A DNA stretch of 53,744 nt from a virus (taxonomy: Duplodnaviria > Caudoviricetes). Positions 28,071 through 37,706 of the stretch are shown here, piece after piece; position 1 is the stretch's first letter, and each line of letters begins with the position of its first letter. Location of the stretch: IMG/VR virus record IMGVR_UViG_3300025590_000010, positions 1 to 53,744 of that record. One strand, written 5' to 3'. The translations under genes and the position numbers were made by a program. The notes beneath the pieces were generated by a model that was not told where the DNA came from, searched no databases, and was given only the letters and a program-made list of their open reading frames with translations.

Positions 28071-30680
28071 TTACTTCTTTTTCTTCTTCATCAGGCCGCC
28101 TTTGTTCATGCCTCGCTGACCGCCTGCACCACGAGTTGCACCTGCTTCCTCCGCTGCTTTATCATCCTCTGACTGAGGAGCAGTAGAGGGTGCTGACTCA
28201 CGACCAATCTCTGCAATACTCTTACCTGTATCCTCAGATTCTTTTTGAATATCTCTAGACCTAGATATAGCGCTTTTTGTTGCGGAGAACGTATCATCTT
28301 CCTTGTCTTTGCGTAACTGCGCAGTGGTACGTGGTACTGGACTTGCTTTGAGAGCATCATTAGCAGCTTTAACTTCTGCTGTTTCTGCAGCTGTTGCAGC
28401 AGGAGTGTAACCTGCCTCAGGTGTATAAGTATACGGTTCTGTTACACCAGGGGTATCAGTCATAGCTGCTTCTACTGCCTCAGGCGTCATTACAGGAGGT
28501 GGTGCTGTAGGTGCTACCTCAGGCTTCTTAGCTTCTTCTGTCTTACCAAACAGACGCTCAAACAAACCAGGCTGATCTGCAGTCATAGTCTCTGTAAGAT
28601 CTGTATAGAAAGCCTTTTGTTTAGCATCCAAGGAAGGATCTTCCATACGTCTCGCAAGCTCTTTAGTGACCTGCTTAGATTGATGCCACGTAGCTGCTTT
28701 GAAGGCCATACCAATAAGAGGATTAACCATACCTAAACCTAATGCAATAGTGGTTCTATTTGTATCTTTCTGTGCATCAACTAGGTCACGTAACTCTGCT
28801 GCTGACAAGCCTTTGTAGTCAATAGGCTCTGGATCAGATGCACTTGGGTCAAACGAACTATCATCGTCACTAGTTGCAGTTTCTTTAGCTTCACTAGGTA
28901 CAGCATCAGGAGTGTAGGGAGAATACCCATCAGGCACTGCACTCATAGGCATACCGTTGAAGAACAGAATAGTAATGATATTACCTGCAGCATTGCTATA
29001 CTGGCGCTGCTCCATGCCTGTGCCTTGGTAGTTCTCTTCTGTCAGAGGGATGTCACCTGTATCGACTAACCCACCAGGAGCATAACCAGAGATGTAACCA
29101 CCCTTGTTCATCATAGGTTGTTCTGGCTCACCATCGTCAACTATCTGTAGCTCAGAGATGTCAAAGGGTAGTTCATCACCACCCATCTCCATACCAATAG
29201 GCTCACCACCAATACGTCCATTAGCTTCCATAGCATTGAAGCCTGTCTTAGCTTCTGTACGTAGATCCTCAAAGAACTTGACACCAAAGAAACGAACTAC
29301 ATCAGCAGGTACAACATACTCACCCTCACTTAGTTGAGCAGGGATGTCATCACGTACTTCTTCTGGTAAGGAGCCTGTAGGGACTTCATTGCCTGACACG
29401 GGATCTACCTCTGGCTGGTCACCAAAGGCCATTTGCATCTGTTCATCCATTACTGCTCCACCCTCGTTAAATAATCTAAGTTTGCCATCTTTAGTTCTAA
29501 CAGCAAGCTCTTTTAGTTGTGTTTTAGTGGGTTTCTTTACACCCTTAGCCAATACTAATGGCCCTACCTGAATAACCTCATCAGCCTCAAATACGGGAAG
29601 ACCAGTATTCTTATCATAGAAGTTACTCTGCCTGTAAGGGTTCATACCTACTTGTGTCCACTCAGGGTCAGATAAAAGCTTACGTGCTTGTTCTTGTAAA
29701 GAATAAGGGTCTTCTGGAACATAGTCACCATACACACGAGCAATAGTAGCCTTACCCATAGGTTTCTCTGGAGTATCAGTCCCTGCTTTAGCGCCCCTTA
29801 ATCGTGCTTTACCTCTAGCTATATCCAAGGCATCCTGTGACTCAGATCCAAACTTAATGTTCTTAAGACGAACAGCTTGACCATAACCTAATACAGAACC
29901 TTTTGTATCATTCTTACCGTCATGTATAGATACAACCCAAGTGTCGTAGTTGTTATATGCAGGTATATCTAACCTAGAGCCTACACGAGTGCCTGCAGGG
30001 ATGTCAAAGCCCTTCACACCTACAACACCTGTCTTCTGTACCTTCTTTCCTAAAGACCCTGCGACCTGTGCAACAGTAGGCATTAATGGCATAGTCTCTT
30101 CTGTGTATATAGAAGTAACAGGTAGGTCTTCTTTTATTATATTACGAGCTTCTTTGGAGGTGATGTTACCTTGGTATAAATCTTCTGCAGCAGCTTTAGA
30201 AGCTTCTGTATTTGCTTGACGTTTATTCTCTGGTATTTTATTAGCCTGTTGCCACGCTGAAAGAGCATCATCACTCTCTAAAATAGCAGCGGCTTCTTCT
30301 ACATCATCCTGTTTAGGTTTTAATTGTACATTACCAAGACCAGAACCCATAGCATTAGGGTCTACCTCTACACGCTTGGCTACATCAAATACTTCTTTAG
30401 CACCCTTTTTAATGGCTTTAGCAGCAACATCGCCTAAGCCTGGTACAAGTCCTACAAGAGCAGCCCCGCCCAGCGCACCCGCTAAGTAGTAATTAGGCTC
30501 ATCTTTTTGTAGTTCGTCATAGACATCTTTAGCAGCCATAGCGTCACCAATGATAGGTGTAGCACTAGCAACAAAGGTAGCAGCATCTTTAAAAGACACC
30601 TCTGGAATGTCTACAGCAAGTTTCTTACCTTCTGCAGCCCAACCTAAAGCTTCCTCTGTCTGCTTATCTAAGTCAGCCAT
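28071..30680 (-). CDS. Modular head-associated protein: pre-toxin-like N-terminus, variable domain, LSEGEYVVPADVV domain
   Basis: 869 aa; see findings; possible internal in-frame start at 29450. Confidence 0.7.
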   Translation of the reverse strand: MADLDKQTEEALGWAAEGKKLAVDIPEVSFKDAATFVASATPIIGDAMAAKDVYDELQKDEPNYYLAGALGGAALVGLVPGLGDVAAKAIKKGAKEVFDVAKRVEVDPNAMGSGLGNVQLKPKQDDVEEAAAILESDDALSAWQQANKIPENKRQANTEASKAAAEDLYQGNITSKEARNIIKEDLPVTSIYTEETMPLMPTVAQVAGSLGKKVQKTGVVGVKGFDIPAGTRVGSRLDIPAYNNYDTWVVSIHDGKNDTKGSVLGYGQAVRLKNIKFGSESQDALDIARGKARLRGAKAGTDTPEKPMGKATIARVYGDYVPEDPYSLQEQARKLLSDPEWTQVGMNPYRQSNFYDKNTGLPVFEADEVIQVGPLVLAKGVKKPTKTQLKELAVRTKDGKLRLFNEGGAVMDEQMQMAFGDQPEVDPVSGNEVPTGSLPEEVRDDIPAQLSEGEYVVPADVVRFFGVKFFEDLRTEAKTGFNAMEANGRIGGEPIGMEMGGDELPFDISELQIVDDGEPEQPMMNKGGYISGYAPGGLVDTGDIPLTEENYQGTGMEQRQYSNAAGNIITILFFNGMPMSAVPDGYSPYTPDAVPSEAKETATSDDDSSFDPSASDPEPIDYKGLSAAELRDLVDAQKDTNRTTIALGLGMVNPLIGMAFKAATWHQSKQVTKELARRMEDPSLDAKQKAFYTDLTETMTADQPGLFERLFGKTEEAKKPEVAPTAPPPVMTPEAVEAAMTDTPGVTEPYTYTPEAGYTPAATAAETAEVKAANDALKASPVPRTTAQLRKDKEDDTFSATKSAISRSRDIQKESEDTGKSIAEIGRESAPSTAPQSEDDKAAEEAGATRGAGGQRGMNKGGLMKKKKK

Positions 30681-30861
30681 TCACTTTGTCCCTCAAGTAC
30701 TTTAGTTGTCTCAGCGCTTTGATAGCACCCTGATGTCGGTATAGCTCTGCAGTATCAGAGATGTTTTCCATACTTCTATGTGTGGAAGAGATGCACCCAT
30801 CAAGCTCCTCAATGAACGCATCCCATATCTGTTTATCGTTAACTAGCTTCTTAAGCGACAT
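30673..30861 (-). CDS. Small conserved protein downstream of portal (62 aa)
   Basis: MSLKKLVND...YRHQGAI.AL..LK.LRD; ATG at 30861. Confidence 0.7.
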   Translation of the reverse strand: MSLKKLVNDKQIWDAFIEELDGCISSTHRSMENISDTAELYRHQGAIKALRQLKYLRDKVNG

Positions 30862-32980
30862 TACCAGTAAACCCTTGCTCACCCGGTGTAGGTGCTGTGC
30901 CAATGCCTATCTGAGAGCCACCACCACCTGAGGTGTCCTGTACGCCCTGTGGAGCCTGTCCTTCTGGTGCTGGGCTACCCTGAGGCATGTTAACGCCTTC
31001 TGGCCCTGCAGGAGGCTGTACGGGAGCCTGGAAGCCTTTTAGGATCTCAGCTTGGATAGCCGCATCCTGCATGGAGTTAGTAACCTTGTCTGGGTCAAGA
31101 TCCATAGACTTAGCAATCTCACGGATGATGTAGTCCATCTTAGCAAAGGGAGCTAGTACTGGGTTCTGTGCAACTTGCAGGAACTGCATCAAGCGTTGTG
31201 ACCGTACTTCGTTAGCCATCAAGCTTTCTGTACCAGAGGCATGTACCTCTAAGTCACCTCGAATCTTCTCATCAAAGTCAAACTGCATGTTGAATGAGAA
31301 GAATGCTTTACCTAGTGGGCGAATCAAGTAGTCATCTACGTTCTTAACTACCGTCCGAATAGAACCGTTAGCAGCACTCATAAGCATGGAGATACCAGAA
31401 GCTGTACGCCCAACGCCTGATACTCCGGTTTGTCCATGAGCAAAGCTAGGAAATCCAGTACTCTCATCAGCTAGAACTCGTGCCTTATCAAAGAGTTGCA
31501 TGTTCTCTTGTGCTACGTTAGGGAACTTAGTACCAAAGATTCCTTGCCCTGGAGCACCACCCTGACGCCGGAACACCTTGCCTGGGTACACAGATAAGTC
31601 TTGACCCGGAACCATGTTGGTCTCATCTACTTCAATGATAAGATTACCAGACAGTGCAGCATTGTCAATAGCCATACGCATAAAGCCATTCATCAATGTC
31701 TGAGTATCATCCATGTTCTCAGCAATACCTACACCAAAGAAGGAGTAAGGGTTATGCTCATAGGGTACGGAGTAGTAAGGGATACGTGTAGGTTTGAATG
31801 GATTAAGTACAAAGCGAAGTACCTCACCATTACAGATCCAAACGTTACAGTTTACTTCATCTAAATCTTTAAGTGCCTTGGGGATAGCAACACCATGCTG
31901 TTCAAGTACAGACGTATCAACAAAGCCCCAGAACTCTAATACTTCCCAGCGCTCAGAGGCTGGCTGTGTATCGTCATCCTCCATAGTCATTTCCCAGTAC
32001 TTCTGAATGTAGCTGGGGCCTTTATCAATAGCCATGCCGATTGAGTCTGACATAAAGTAAGGGCGAGACTTGAGTGAGCGTAGCTGTGTGCGGGACATCT
32101 TATGACGTTGAACAACATACTCTGCATCATTCATAGACTTAGCTTCTGGGTCAGGATAGAAGTCCCATATAGAAACGTGGCTACACTCAGGTACGGTCTT
32201 TACAATAGGGTCATACTCACCCTCATCATCCCAGTTAGGATACTCCTTATCTACAGCAAACGGGCCTTTCATGACACCTGTGCCAAGTAGAGCCATCTCA
32301 AATGCCATAGAGCGTAGATGCGTAGAAGCACCAGACTCTTGAAGCTGGTCATGTATCTTCTTTTCCATCTTCTTAGCTGCAACCATGGCAGGATGGAATG
32401 TAACGGTAGTTGGTGTAGTACCGTCACCCTCAATGATCTTATCTGATACTGCTTCTAGCTTGCTAGACAGGGGGCCAAGACGCCTAGAGAGATCTGCTAG
32501 TGTCTCACCAGGTTCTAACTTATTGTTACCATCAAGTAGGTATGGCTGTGCTTTGCCTTGCTGTGTTACAGGCTTTAGTGCATCACCAGCAGCAGCAGCA
32601 TTAGGATCGACATTAATGTGTACCGACTCAGCTACACCATCAGGGAGCACAGAAGGGTTTACAGAAAGAGGAAACTTGTTGTTACCGAATAATACGTCTA
32701 CGATCTGACCGTATGCTGCAAGTGTTTTAGTCTTAGTGACCTTAACAAATACACGAGACTTCTCAGTGTCAGTGAACTGTACATCCTTGCCATACAAGCC
32801 ACGATAGTTACGATAAGCACGTAGCCAACGTTCCTCATCCGCAAAGCGAGAATCCTCAGCACGTTTGTAGCGCTCTTCAATAAAAGATACTACACTTGAT
32901 TTAGTCTCAAAGATACTGTCAGTACTGTCTTCTGCAGCTACGACTTCATCTGTTTCAAACATTTCTTCTTGTTCTGCCAT
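30851..32980 (-). CDS. Portal protein
   Basis: Follows terminase; LLGTGVMKGPF, DFYPDP, FGVGI, RTASG.SML motifs of podovirus portals. Confidence 0.88.
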   Translation of the reverse strand: MAEQEEMFETDEVVAAEDSTDSIFETKSSVVSFIEERYKRAEDSRFADEERWLRAYRNYRGLYGKDVQFTDTEKSRVFVKVTKTKTLAAYGQIVDVLFGNNKFPLSVNPSVLPDGVAESVHINVDPNAAAAGDALKPVTQQGKAQPYLLDGNNKLEPGETLADLSRRLGPLSSKLEAVSDKIIEGDGTTPTTVTFHPAMVAAKKMEKKIHDQLQESGASTHLRSMAFEMALLGTGVMKGPFAVDKEYPNWDDEGEYDPIVKTVPECSHVSIWDFYPDPEAKSMNDAEYVVQRHKMSRTQLRSLKSRPYFMSDSIGMAIDKGPSYIQKYWEMTMEDDDTQPASERWEVLEFWGFVDTSVLEQHGVAIPKALKDLDEVNCNVWICNGEVLRFVLNPFKPTRIPYYSVPYEHNPYSFFGVGIAENMDDTQTLMNGFMRMAIDNAALSGNLIIEVDETNMVPGQDLSVYPGKVFRRQGGAPGQGIFGTKFPNVAQENMQLFDKARVLADESTGFPSFAHGQTGVSGVGRTASGISMLMSAANGSIRTVVKNVDDYLIRPLGKAFFSFNMQFDFDEKIRGDLEVHASGTESLMANEVRSQRLMQFLQVAQNPVLAPFAKMDYIIREIAKSMDLDPDKVTNSMQDAAIQAEILKGFQAPVQPPAGPEGVNMPQGSPAPEGQAPQGVQDTSGGGGSQIGIGTAPTPGEQGFTGNVA

Positions 32981-32982
32981 TA

Positions 32983-34584
32983 TCAATACCCGAATGATGG
33001 ATCACTAGCCTGAAAGCCAGTGCGTTGTTTTGCTGGGTTGTAATCCCATATGCTGCTACGTGGACGTGTCATAATACCATATCTTAGAGCGTCATATAAG
33101 TGATCCTCTGCATGAGTATCAACATCTTCTGGGTTTCGCTTGTCCAGAGGAATACTAGGTATCTGTGCAATAGTGTTTGTACAGTTATCCATGAATACAA
33201 GTTGAGGCTTCTCAGTGAACTCATCCACCTTTAACCGTCTATGTATCTCGTTCTTACCTGCGACACGTGAGCCTCTTGACCTGTCAGACGGACGCCAACG
33301 ACACCCTTTTTGATTCATCTGCTCTGCCAAGCTAGGCCCAGTGTCGCCACGGTTGTGCCATAAAGAACTATCTAGCACCCCGTATCGTATTGTACCATCT
33401 TTTGCTTCTGCTTCAAGTATTAAATCTGCTAAATCAGAAGCTGTAACTTTAGAGACGTACATCTCACGGTACACAATGACTTGCTCATCAGGTGCTACAG
33501 CAAACCACAGAACACCAGTGTAGCTACCATAACCGTAATCGCAAGACCTAAACTTTGCCCAAGAGTCAGGTACATCGAATGCGTCCACGACATGTATCTT
33601 TCGGTCAAACTCTGGAAAAGCTGCACCCTCGTTAATGTCCCAGTTACCTTCAAGTAACTGCTTGCGCTGATGCTCTGGAAGCGAGAGAAGCATTGCTTCA
33701 TAGTCGCCAGCGTCAGCCAAGTACGGATTGTCGAATAGAGAGGCTGGAATAAAGCGTCTTTTAAATAGAGGCATACCTTCTTTACTATGCCCTTTAGGGA
33801 AAGTAATCGTGTCGCCTGTTTCAATATTAGTTGCCCAGAACGGCTTACCACCGATTGCAGGGTCAATAAACATCTTTTTAACCCAAGCATGTCCTGCTCC
33901 TCCGGGGTTTGTTGTTGCTCTCATGTATAGGCCAAGATTGGAAGCATGTGCAGATCTCAAGCGAGACCTCATATAATCCCAAGCGTAAGGGCTAGACCAT
34001 TGCGTAAGCTCATCGAATCCAATCCAGTTAAAAGCCTGACCTTGATACCGTGTGACATCCGTGTCTTTATCAAGATAAGACATCCAAAGTCTGCCACCCT
34101 GAGGAGAAGTCCATTGCGATTTACGTTCCGACCACTTAATACCAGGTATTGCACGGGGGTATAACTCCTGACTCTTTTGTATAAGTTCTCTTAGTTCTTC
34201 CGTAGTATGTCGGACTAGCAACCCTGAGAAGTTAGGGTCATTCAGTCCATGTAGAGGGTCAGCCAACATGGCGTAGCTCTTACCTCCACCAGCTGCTCCA
34301 CCATAAAGTACCTCACGTTCTGACGCACTCAAGAAGGATGTCTGAGGGCCAGGGTTAGGTTTGAATACTACCTGCTGAGCTTCCTCAACATCATACTCAG
34401 GCGCTTTAACTTGTGCAGGTATACTCTCTACAACAGTAGCAACAGGCTCCTCAATACTTTTCGTTAGGGTCTGTGTAGGCTCCTGCGCCTTTCCTTTCGA
34501 GCTTTTCGATTTGGTCAAGCGTTTCTTCGAGCCACTTGGCAAGCTTACGTTTAATTGTAATTGCTTTTCTACGTTTTTGCTCAA
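32983..34584 (-). CDS. terL: Terminase large subunit (start uncertain)
   Basis: LYGGAAGGGKS Walker A, FDELTQW Walker B, TTNPGG, DYGY, DHLYDALRYG nuclease motifs. Confidence 0.93.
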   Translation of the reverse strand: MSKNVEKQLQLNVSLPSGSKKRLTKSKSSKGKAQEPTQTLTKSIEEPVATVVESIPAQVKAPEYDVEEAQQVVFKPNPGPQTSFLSASEREVLYGGAAGGGKSYAMLADPLHGLNDPNFSGLLVRHTTEELRELIQKSQELYPRAIPGIKWSERKSQWTSPQGGRLWMSYLDKDTDVTRYQGQAFNWIGFDELTQWSSPYAWDYMRSRLRSAHASNLGLYMRATTNPGGAGHAWVKKMFIDPAIGGKPFWATNIETGDTITFPKGHSKEGMPLFKRRFIPASLFDNPYLADAGDYEAMLLSLPEHQRKQLLEGNWDINEGAAFPEFDRKIHVVDAFDVPDSWAKFRSCDYGYGSYTGVLWFAVAPDEQVIVYREMYVSKVTASDLADLILEAEAKDGTIRYGVLDSSLWHNRGDTGPSLAEQMNQKGCRWRPSDRSRGSRVAGKNEIHRRLKVDEFTEKPQLVFMDNCTNTIAQIPSIPLDKRNPEDVDTHAEDHLYDALRYGIMTRPRSSIWDYNPAKQRTGFQASDPSFGY

Positions 34585-34867
34585 CTTCGATTCTTTTCTT
34601 TAGGCCTGTAAAAGATATAGTTCTACCTGTCTCTTTACTTAGCCAGGCTGCTACCGCACGATAACTATACTGCTTAAGGTGACGCTTTGCAAGCTCTAAA
34701 GCCTCAAGTTCTGACTCAATAGGTAAAAGCACCCTATCGTTCTCTGGATCTACCCTGTAGCCAAACGGTACTTTCTTAGCAATCTTAACTATAGGATGCC
34801 ATTCTTTTGTGTGGTTCTTGGGTGGTAACGGTAACTGCCAGAACCCTAAGTCTCTATCAGGTATTAT
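34451..34867 (-). CDS. HTH/recombinase-like DNA-binding protein; probable non-canonical start
   Basis: Frame open upstream of the GTG at 34732, encoding VPFGY..DPEND.VLLPI..E; ATA codons overlap the terS stop. Confidence 0.6.
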   Translation of the reverse strand: MIPDRDLGFWQLPLPPKNHTKEWHPIVKIAKKVPFGYRVDPENDRVLLPIESELEALELAKRHLKQYSYRAVAAWLSKETGRTISFTGLKKRIEVEQKRRKAITIKRKLAKWLEETLDQIEKLERKGAGAYTDPNEKY

Positions 34868-35232
34868 TCGTTTGAACCTTCTTTTGGTGGCAGATAGAAG
34901 ATGCCTCCACCAGATGTTACGTCTATTTTGTCTACCTTACCAAGTCCTGCACGATCTAGCAAGTCCTTAGCTGCAATCATCTTCTCTTTTATGCCTAGCT
35001 CAGTAGGGTCATACAGAGCACCTACCATAGACATAGCAGCTTTAGGAGCAACACGTGCAAAGTAAGTACGTGTCTTCTCACCGATCTCATCCTTGAGAGC
35101 TTCAACAATAGCCGAAGTGCTAGATGCAGGGTCATAACCTGCAAGCTTCTTAGCTGCTACTGCATCACCGTTAGCCTCATCAAAGAGTACCTCTAGGAAG
35201 CGCTGTTGCTTTTCTGTTAGTGCTCTAGCCAT
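34864..35232 (-). CDS. terS: Terminase small subunit
   Basis: LTEKQQRFL...A.KLAGY HTH, AAKDLLDRAG motif; upstream of terL. Confidence 0.75.
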   Translation of the reverse strand: MARALTEKQQRFLEVLFDEANGDAVAAKKLAGYDPASSTSAIVEALKDEIGEKTRTYFARVAPKAAMSMVGALYDPTELGIKEKMIAAKDLLDRAGLGKVDKIDVTSGGGIFYLPPKEGSNE

Positions 35233-35241
35233 GTTATTTCC

Positions 35242-35715
35242 TTACCACTTGCCTTGTTTTACGCCTAGGAAGTACATCCCTATTATTAAAGCACCCACAC
35301 CCGCTAATGCTACTGCAATACCTACAGCCCAGTTAATACAGTTGTCTATGAACTCTTGCTTCTTATAGACTAACTCACGTTGTTCTTTGCGTTGCTGTGC
35401 TTCTATTCGTACTATCTCATCCCAGGCACTAGGGCCATACGTCCAAGAGATGTGTGCCTTAAGCTCTTCTCGCATCTCTTTGAGCTTCTGCTTTTGTGAC
35501 CATATGTCTAATGCAGTAGCTTGGTTGTCATTAAACATCTTGTACATTGGAGGGTTCTTAGCTTTTTCCTCCAAGAAGTCTAGGTCACTTACAGCCTTAG
35601 ACCATTGAGATACTGCACCTGCCATACCACTGATTTCTCTGCCTACAGATACAGCTTTCTTGATGCCATTGTAAGCCGTAGTAGCTGCCGCCATAGCTGT
35701 AAAAGGATCAATCAT
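35242..35715 (-). CDS. Hypothetical protein with C-terminal transmembrane helix
   Basis: MIDPFTAMAAAT.AY..IKK N-terminus; hydrophobic C-terminus. Confidence 0.7.
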   Translation of the reverse strand: MIDPFTAMAAATTAYNGIKKAVSVGREISGMAGAVSQWSKAVSDLDFLEEKAKNPPMYKMFNDNQATALDIWSQKQKLKEMREELKAHISWTYGPSAWDEIVRIEAQQRKEQRELVYKKQEFIDNCINWAVGIAVALAGVGALIIGMYFLGVKQGKW

Positions 35716-35885
35716 TTGAACTTAACCTCTACTGGACATACATAGTTATAACTTACTCTGTACACTCTGTCATACCAGAGACCATTCTTAGGTAAGCCAC
35801 AGTCGTAGTAACAATACTGAAATAACCTATTACCACTGTCAGTCCATGCGTGATTGAATGATATAAAGGCTAGTACGCATAGCAA
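35712..35885 (-). CDS. Small Cys-containing hypothetical protein (57 aa)
   Basis: TTG start; MLCVLAF...YCYYDCG...YVCP*; ATGA overlap with next gene; fills the gap exactly. Confidence 0.55.
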   Translation of the reverse strand: MLCVLAFISFNHAWTDSGNRLFQYCYYDCGLPKNGLWYDRVYRVSYNYVCPVEVKFK

Positions 35886-35887
35886 AA

Positions 35888-36247
35888 CTACTTGCCCTTT
35901 TTATCTAGCATACTTTCGTGGTCACGACCAATGTACTTTAGCTCATTCTCAATAATAGCTACTCGTTGTTGCAGTTCAGTGATCCTAGAGATAGTACGGG
36001 TTAAAGCGTCTAACTCCTCCCATAACTCTTCTACATCATCCCATACGTATTGTATTTCTACACCATTACCTGCAACATCACGTTTAAGGTTAACGTTATC
36101 TTCAATAGCCATACGGGAGCCAAGCTGGCTTACTGTTTCTTCTAGGCTTGCTATTGTGGAGGCTTGTTGAGATACCCACCACACACCACCAGCAAGCTGT
36201 ACAGCCATAGCAGCTACAAGTGCTAAAGGTATCTTAACGTTTTCCAC
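35888..36247 (-). CDS. Membrane-anchored coiled-coil protein
   Basis: GTG 36247 with AGGAG RBS; N-terminal TM then heptads. Confidence 0.7.
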   Translation of the reverse strand: MENVKIPLALVAAMAVQLAGGVWWVSQQASTIASLEETVSQLGSRMAIEDNVNLKRDVAGNGVEIQYVWDDVEELWEELDALTRTISRITELQQRVAIIENELKYIGRDHESMLDKKGK

Positions 36248-36261
36248 AATAGCTCTCCTAA

Positions 36262-36432
36262 CTATTTGAAACTTTCTGCTATGACATTGCGTATCTCTCC
36301 ACGAGCAATGCCAATATCGTGTAACTCTTTGTCTGACATGTTGGTTAGAATCCAATAGTCAGCACGGGCTTGTTGTGCTTTCTGTAAACTTGCGAGAAAG
36401 TTTGTGAATGTTTTAACGATTAGTGCGTACAT
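36262..36432 (-). CDS. DUF1127-family small protein (56 aa)
   Basis: MYALIVKTFTNFLASLQKAQQARADYWILTNMSDKELHDIGIARGEIRNVIAESFK; L..MSD..L.DIGI.R.EI signature; AGGA RBS; missing from ORF track. Confidence 0.8.
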   Translation of the reverse strand: MYALIVKTFTNFLASLQKAQQARADYWILTNMSDKELHDIGIARGEIRNVIAESFK

Positions 36433-36534
36433 GGTATGTTCCTATGTGTTTAGCCTAGCTCCACTGCTAGACTTACATAGTTATACTCATGTTAGCGCTA
36501 TTTACCTCTACTAAGTTTGCATACCCGCTATGTG

Positions 36535-36894
36535 TTATCCAACAGGTACAAACGTTTCAGTTACAGTAAGGATAGTGTCAATATGACCAGCAGTAGTGGG
36601 AACGTTTTGTATCTTGTCACCAGGCTGTAGTACTAGGTCAATGTTTGTGAAGGAAACGTAATCACCAGCATTCAAACTCTTGCCTGACAGAAAGTGAGAC
36701 GTATAAGAATCAGCTGCTACATACCATTCTACATCTACAGAGTTTGTACTGCCACCACCGTTGACTACATGGATAAACGTAACCTCAGCTACACAGTTAG
36801 CAGGGCATGTATATACAACCTCTGTAGTATTGGTACTGTTGTGACCATACACAGAACGCATACGTGATGGCTTGCCCTGATTAACTAAACTCAT
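36535..36894 (-). CDS. Beta-rich hypothetical (possible virion) protein
   Basis: VYTCPAN...I.VVN, LVLQPGDKI pattern. Confidence 0.6.
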   Translation of the reverse strand: MSLVNQGKPSRMRSVYGHNSTNTTEVVYTCPANCVAEVTFIHVVNGGGSTNSVDVEWYVAADSYTSHFLSGKSLNAGDYVSFTNIDLVLQPGDKIQNVPTTAGHIDTILTVTETFVPVG

Positions 36895-37196
36895 TACTCG
36901 TCAACCCACGCTTCATTCTCTGGTGTGCTAGGATCATCTGCTATGTAGTGACCCTTAGATGTACGAGCACGTTTCTTACCCTTAGGTGCTGCAGCCTTCT
37001 TAGCCTTCTTAGGCTGTGTAGCTGCAATGTCAGCTGCTTCACAGATAGCATTAACGTTAGGGTCTTTGCTCTGTACGTTACCGTAGTTGTCTTCACCAGC
37101 TGACTGGTTACCCATGGAGTCCCACACGTAGCCATGCTCATCTACACGGTAACCCTTAGCTTCCAGTGCTTCTTGGTACTTGTGATAATACTTCAT
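36894..37196 (-). CDS. Hypothetical protein
   Basis: 100 aa; C-terminal KRAR..KGHY.ADDPSTPENEAW. Confidence 0.65.
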   Translation of the reverse strand: MKYYHKYQEALEAKGYRVDEHGYVWDSMGNQSAGEDNYGNVQSKDPNVNAICEAADIAATQPKKAKKAAAPKGKKRARTSKGHYIADDPSTPENEAWVDE

Positions 37197-37396
37197 TACT
37201 TCATCTTCTTCATAGGACGTTCTGCTGGATTAGATGCACCACAAGCTAAGCCACCTTCCTTGTAGCCCATCTTCTTCTTAGTCATACCACCCATACCGTA
37301 GCCTGACTTCTTAGCCATACCGCCACCCATGTAACCCATCTTCTTAGCTACTTCTGGTGCTTCCTTCTTAAGAGCCTTCATACCTTTGTTCATCAT
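37196..37396 (-). CDS. Small Lys/Met/Gly-rich basic protein (66 aa)
   Basis: ATG 37396 with GAGGA RBS; three GY..GG motifs. Confidence 0.7.
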   Translation of the reverse strand: MMNKGMKALKKEAPEVAKKMGYMGGGMAKKSGYGMGGMTKKKMGYKEGGLACGASNPAERPMKKMK

Positions 37397-37397
37397 T

Positions 37398-37706
37398 TTA
37401 GTATTCCTCATCCATGTGTTGATCTTTACAGTCCCACCCTTGGCAGGACTTCTCTTGGCTACAAACAAACTTAAACTTACTACAAGCACCTAAGCCAGAC
37501 TCAATGTTCAATGACTTGAGAGTACGAGCACGGTTGTCAAAGTAATCACAGTTACCACAGGTCTTTAGCTCAGCCATCTCTGTAGGCTTATCCCAAGCCT
37601 TGCCTAGCTCCTCAGCAGTAGCACCATACATCCAGTATGTCTCTGCACGGTCACGGTTCTTAGGGTCAACCTCAGGTGGCTCCCCTAACATCAAACTCAT
37701 CATCAT
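37398..37706 (-). CDS. Cys-rich small protein, putative metal-binding
   Basis: CGNCDYF...GAC..FKFVC....SC.GW; start ATG 37706 overlaps upstream stop. Confidence 0.65.
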   Translation of the reverse strand: MMMSLMLGEPPEVDPKNRDRAETYWMYGATAEELGKAWDKPTEMAELKTCGNCDYFDNRARTLKSLNIESGLGACSKFKFVCSQEKSCQGWDCKDQHMDEEY

